From: Eledone cirrhosa
Taxonomy: Eukaryota
DNA length: 64,000 nt
Assembly: GCA_964016885.1 (NCBI GenBank)
Contig: OZ024742.1
Span: 272,180,001-272,244,000 of the forward strand
Direction of reading: 5' to 3'
This document shows, piece after piece, positions 58,771 to 64,000 of the stretch. Each line of letters opens with the position of its first letter. Position 1 is the stretch's first letter. A model generated the notes under the pieces. It searched no databases and was not told the origin of the DNA. It was given only the letters and a program-made list of their open reading frames with translations. The translations under genes and the position numbers were made by a program.

Positions 58771-60953
58771 ATATATAATTTTTTCGAAATATTTCGAAAT
58801 ATTTCCGCTAGTAAGAAATAAAAATATAAATAACTGTATTACGCGTAAATATTTTAAATTAATCTCAATTTATTCGAGCTTAGGTTATTTTCAATAAAAT
58901 CACATACAATGGTAGGTGTTTTAAAACTCCCGCCTCTAAACTAACAATAACAATTAATTCGAGTAAAAGAGTCAATAACTTCTGAACAGCTTATGGCTAT
59001 ACACTGGTTTAAAAAAATGTATAATGATAATTGATATTATGATATCACAGATATTAGTTGTGCAATAATTTCTGTTGGAATTCTAATCATCTAAATCTCA
59101 TCAATGTTTATTTTCTTCTGCACATACTCGTCATAAACAACTGGCTGTAGGAATGCAATGTTGAACGTATGCCGACTTATGCTTAATAAATGCAAAGCGA
59201 GTTGACGATGCTAACATTTACATTATCAATGCATTTGAAACCAATTCATATTGTCATTAAAATATCTAAAACCCTTCGTCTTAAGGATTATCAAACATTG
59301 ATTCAAAGTTCCTCCAGTGGGAGTTATATTTTCAAGTGATTATAGATGTATCTGGAATTAATTACGACTACGAGAATAAAATACCATGAACTAAATGAAG
59401 GTTGTCCTATAAAATTATTGTTTGAAGTATTATTTCTCTAATGCATTTACTTTGCGGAGCACCTGGAAATTCCATGTTTTATAAATGTTCTTTCATTGAA
59501 ATTAGAAGGAAATAGATTCATACATTTTCATTACATTATTTTGGGATGTTAGGTTTTTAATAATAGGATAGATAACCGATAGAACTTATAAGAAATTTAG
59601 TATTTGGATGCGGTATGTTGTCAATAGTAATATAGTAAATGATAAGCACTTCTGTGCAAATTTAAAGTTTAGCCAAAAATATTTGTAATTTAATTAATCT
59701 AATTAGAACACATTGTTTTCAATTGTGAATTTCTGATTATAGACAATTTATTTGAGAACCTGACTGTACATGATGCATTCCGGAACAAGCCACCATCATC
59801 GCTACCATTTCATGTTAGTCTGCAAATGTTTGACAGCAATATCTATTGATATGGAATTGTTGAATAACAGACTTATAGTAGTCTATGGTTGCACACTGAG
59901 TAAAATAATTGTATTATTCCCTCAATGGAAGTCTGCCATTTTGAATCAATTATATTCATAGCATATATTCGACATTCAGAAAATTGGATCCTTTCGATAT
60001 TAAATTTATTATTCTTGGTCTCATTCTAATTCTAGGTATCGAAACATGTCACGTTGCTACGGTAACACACATTATTGGAACTTAATCACAATCCTCATAG
60101 GACTGAACATTTAGAATGGAAAGGATATAATTTCTTCTCTAGTCTATTTCCATTGCAATGCATAATGAATAGGTTGCACAAAAATATCAAAGCCCCATTA
60201 GGTTTCTATCTTTTAAAATTTAGTGGCAATCCAGTAGGCGTAAATTAGTCCACTGACGGTTGACATCTCATCTCACGAACACATTTTACATCTTCCTACG
60301 AATGCTATCTCTTTCACAGTTTATCTTATTGCCACATCTAGAAATAGCAATTGCAGTTCTTCCTTTTTGTAAAAATATCGTGATGATTAAATAATGTTTT
60401 GAAATATACATTTTAAATGAATAAAATGGAATATACACGATTCATTATATTAGTAATTTTACTTTAAATAGCTTCGTATGATACATTGGTAAGTTGATAA
60501 TATGGGAATGGAATTTAAGGATGTTATCATTTATCAATGCCCGTTCTTTTGCTTTGTGGTTTTAGCAGAAACAGCTTCAGATATTATTTGAATAAAAGCT
60601 TAACACACAACTATCATAAGGGAACATAATGGAGGAGCAAGATTTCGCACTTTTTAGAAATTAAATCACCTATTTTTTGCAACAATGAATTTAAACACAC
60701 TGCCAACGAATGCCAACGAATTCAAAGAGTAGACTCGTACAATTAGTCCATTGGTGAAAGAGTTGGGGCTACAAAAACCTGACGACGCAGAGCAGAGACG
60801 AATTCCTGAGATTAACTTCCAGGAAACAAAAATAGGTTGACTAGTTATTTGGGGTACTTAGGGCTGGAACCGACTACGTTTATTAAGTATATGAAGAACA
60901 AACTTATACGAATAGGCAACAGACTGGGACGGGCTTGAACGCCAGTCAAATGT

Positions 60954-60998
<45 letters not shown>

Positions 60999-61896
60999 AT
61001 ACTAATAAAATTGAAGACTAAAATCCAGATCCCGTTAAGGGTGAAAGCAGCGATTCTTTGCTTAAACTTTAATCTGTTATTTTAATAAATATATATATAT
61101 ATATATACGTATGCAAGTTTATTCGTTCATGTGTGCTTGCGTATAAGCCAGTGTGTGTGTTTTTTGCGTGTGGGTTTGCGTCTTATTTGTTAATTAACGT
61201 GCTGATGCATTAGAAGAATTTAGTTTCACCGATCACATTTATAATCTCTTATCAGCTTCTGGTATTTCTACGATTTCCAGATTTCAGGAAGCCACAAAAA
61301 TAGATGTGACGGTGAAACACATTTAACTATACGAATTCTAGTGTTAAATTTATATCTTAATCACTATCTAACGTACAACTAATATACGTATGCAAGAAAA
61401 GCAAAATACAGCGATGCCATTTTAATTCAGAGATGAACACCTCCAACATAATGACCTGCTGCTATATTGTATAACGTTTTTCAATATTGAATTTCTCTCA
61501 TCTTTTAAGGAGTGTAAACTAGTGTTTAACATGTTGGGCTAAGATCCACATGTGTGTGGTTTCGATTTACAAACAGTAATCCATACTCCTACTGAGCAAC
61601 TCACATCATGTTTCGTTGCTCGAGTTTACTCAGCAAAATAATATTACCAGTGCCACTTTAGAGTTCCTGGTGACCTGTTCAGTAGTGAATCGTGTACACA
61701 CAGTTGCTAGACGCCCAAAAAACTGAGTTAAACACCTCACTTATTCTAAATAACGCAAGCCATCTAAAGGGATGAAAGATGGTAGTAAATATGATTAAAC
61801 GAAATTAAGGAAGAATATATATTAAGTAGTTGTGAAGAAATAAATAGTAAAGCCTCGTGAAGTTGTCGTTTGCATAATATATTAAACAAAGTGAAC

Positions 61897-61977
<81 letters not shown>

Positions 61978-61984
61978 GTGGGAA

Positions 61985-63226
61985 AGTAAGACTCAGATGC
62001 ACCTACACCTGACAATAACTATATCGCCCTTAACAACTCCCTGGCAGCATCCAATAGTGTTGGCAATGGCATCCGCAGACGCAACCAGAATAGCCGCGAA
62101 ATGACTGTCGAACATGCAGGACATGACGTGCGGAGTAACAATCACACCACCCCGCGTGCTGTTGGTTGTAATGGTGCCAACGACAGCTGCGGTAGCGTGG
62201 GTAACAACATAGGCAGCAACAATGATGGCCTTACAGTTGGAAATAGACGGAACCGCGACAGAAATTGCAACTGCCGCGACAGAGGAATCTGCCCGCTTAG
62301 AGGATACTGCTTGACTGATAGGGTTATATATAGATGCACTATAACTAGCCACAATAGCGTTAAACATTATATAGGGGCTACCTCCGGCCCGTTCAAAATT
62401 AGGTTTCGAATACATCTCCACTCTTTCACAAATAAAAAAAACTAAGACACTCCACTTCGCTCGCGGACAACATCACATCACTAAAAGACTTAAACATCAG
62501 CTTCTCCACGCACTTGGATATTGTCGGCAGGGCTGCACCGTACAACTTCAAGAGGAAATGCTCCTCATGGAGCTCTACCACATCATAACTGCACCCCACG
62601 AGCTCATCAACAGCAGAGCTGAAACAGCGATAAGTTGTACACATCGCTTAAAAATATCCTTCTTCAGATGGGATAAAGATGAGGAATGAAGCCGTGCACC
62701 GGATCTCCCTGCAACAAGTCGTAACACCCCGGCGGGCAGGCGCTGCAAAAGAACACCCAGGAAACTATCCTTGCCTACCAGACCCAGCCGCAAACGACTC
62801 AGACAAACAGAGGCAGCAAAAAAAACATCAACAAAAAAAAACTCTCAAAATAACATGCGTATCGACAATGATAAGGTTGTAACCTCATCTCGTAGCGGAT
62901 GAAAAAAAAATGTTTTTTAAAATTGTCCGGGAAAGACTGCAATGTAAGGAACATTTTTGATTATTTATGCCCTTGAGAAGCCCAACTGGGCGAAACGTAC
63001 GTAGGTGCTGTTTTAAATAAACATGTTTTAACGGTCTATTCTCCGATTTCTTACTTTCCCACGTGCTTACCCTCTGCTAATTCTCTAGCCCACTAAATAT
63101 TAAATCTTCGAATATTTAATACTGCCGGCACTAGTATCGAGCACTTTTGGCATACGCTACTTGGCAAATAACTATATGTATTACCTATCTTCCCCTTTTT
63201 TTTCTCTCTCTCGATTCGTAAATACT
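61985..63226 (+). mobile_element. Naiad-like PLE 3' fragment (family F relative)
   Basis: CNCRDRGICPLRGYCLTDRVIYRCTI..YIGATSGPFKIRFRIH (62101-62445); 3' UTR aligns with the reverse complement of ~37955-38570. Confidence 0.9.
62969..63008 (+). ncRNA. Minimal hammerhead, U3-A8 variant (UUGAGAA)
   Basis: gccc-TTGAGAA-gccc-aact-gggc-GAAA-cg-ta-cg-TA-ggtgc; palindromic ACGTACGT; homologue at 38166-38205 (-). Confidence 0.8.
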
Positions 63227-63303
63227 GTATATATATATATATATATATATACATATTTCGCACACTCTACAATCTCTGTCCACATAGGAATGATGGAGTA
63301 TAT

Positions 63304-63652
<349 letters not shown>

Positions 63653-63676
63653 CCTCTCTATTTATCTATCTATCTA

Positions 63677-63755
<79 letters not shown>

Positions 63756-64000
63756 CTATCTATATAGCTATCTATTTCTGGGAGGGACACATGTGTTAAA
63801 ATTGCTCGGTAAGTTTTGTTTAAATTTCTTTAGAAATTCGTCATTGTGAACTTTTATTTGTATACCAATATTGAGAGGGACAGTCAGGTGAAATGTTGAT
63901 ATGTCTCCTAAAATATTGTGCCTCTCAGGGCAAAATCATCCAACATATTTTCGAAAAAGTTTTGCAAAACACTTCAATTTTTTAAAAGATGGCTCAAGCA

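Overview
AT-rich, repeat-saturated metazoan DNA; the SINE types and (TA)n/(CA)n load suggest an octopus/coleoid genome (inference). No confident host gene. The window is a nest of Penelope-like retroelements (PLEs; RT + GIY-YIG endonuclease) from at least four lineages, mostly inserted into (TA)n and showing the typical inverted/tandem pseudo-LTR (pLTR) layout. One Neptune-like PLE has an intact 756-aa RT/EN ORF. It also holds tRNA-derived SINEs, a Tx1/L1-like LINE remnant split by a Charlie/Buster hAT, and a tandem non-autonomous Helitron. Most short ORFs in the track are microsatellite artefacts. Highlights read by eye: (1) a U_UUU_UUA slippery site at the same ORF1/ORF2 (-1) junction in two diverged Neptune-like PLEs, suggesting programmed -1 frameshifting; (2) more than a dozen hammerhead ribozyme (HHR) families, with core variants and covarying stems; (3) ORF-less, circularly permuted ~320-bp and 439-bp HHR tandem units resembling retrozymes; (4) a Helitron that carries an HHR and is inserted 1 nt from the cleavage site of another HHR; (5) a candidate HDV-like ribozyme. 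All folds and clade names come from manual inspection, not database searches.
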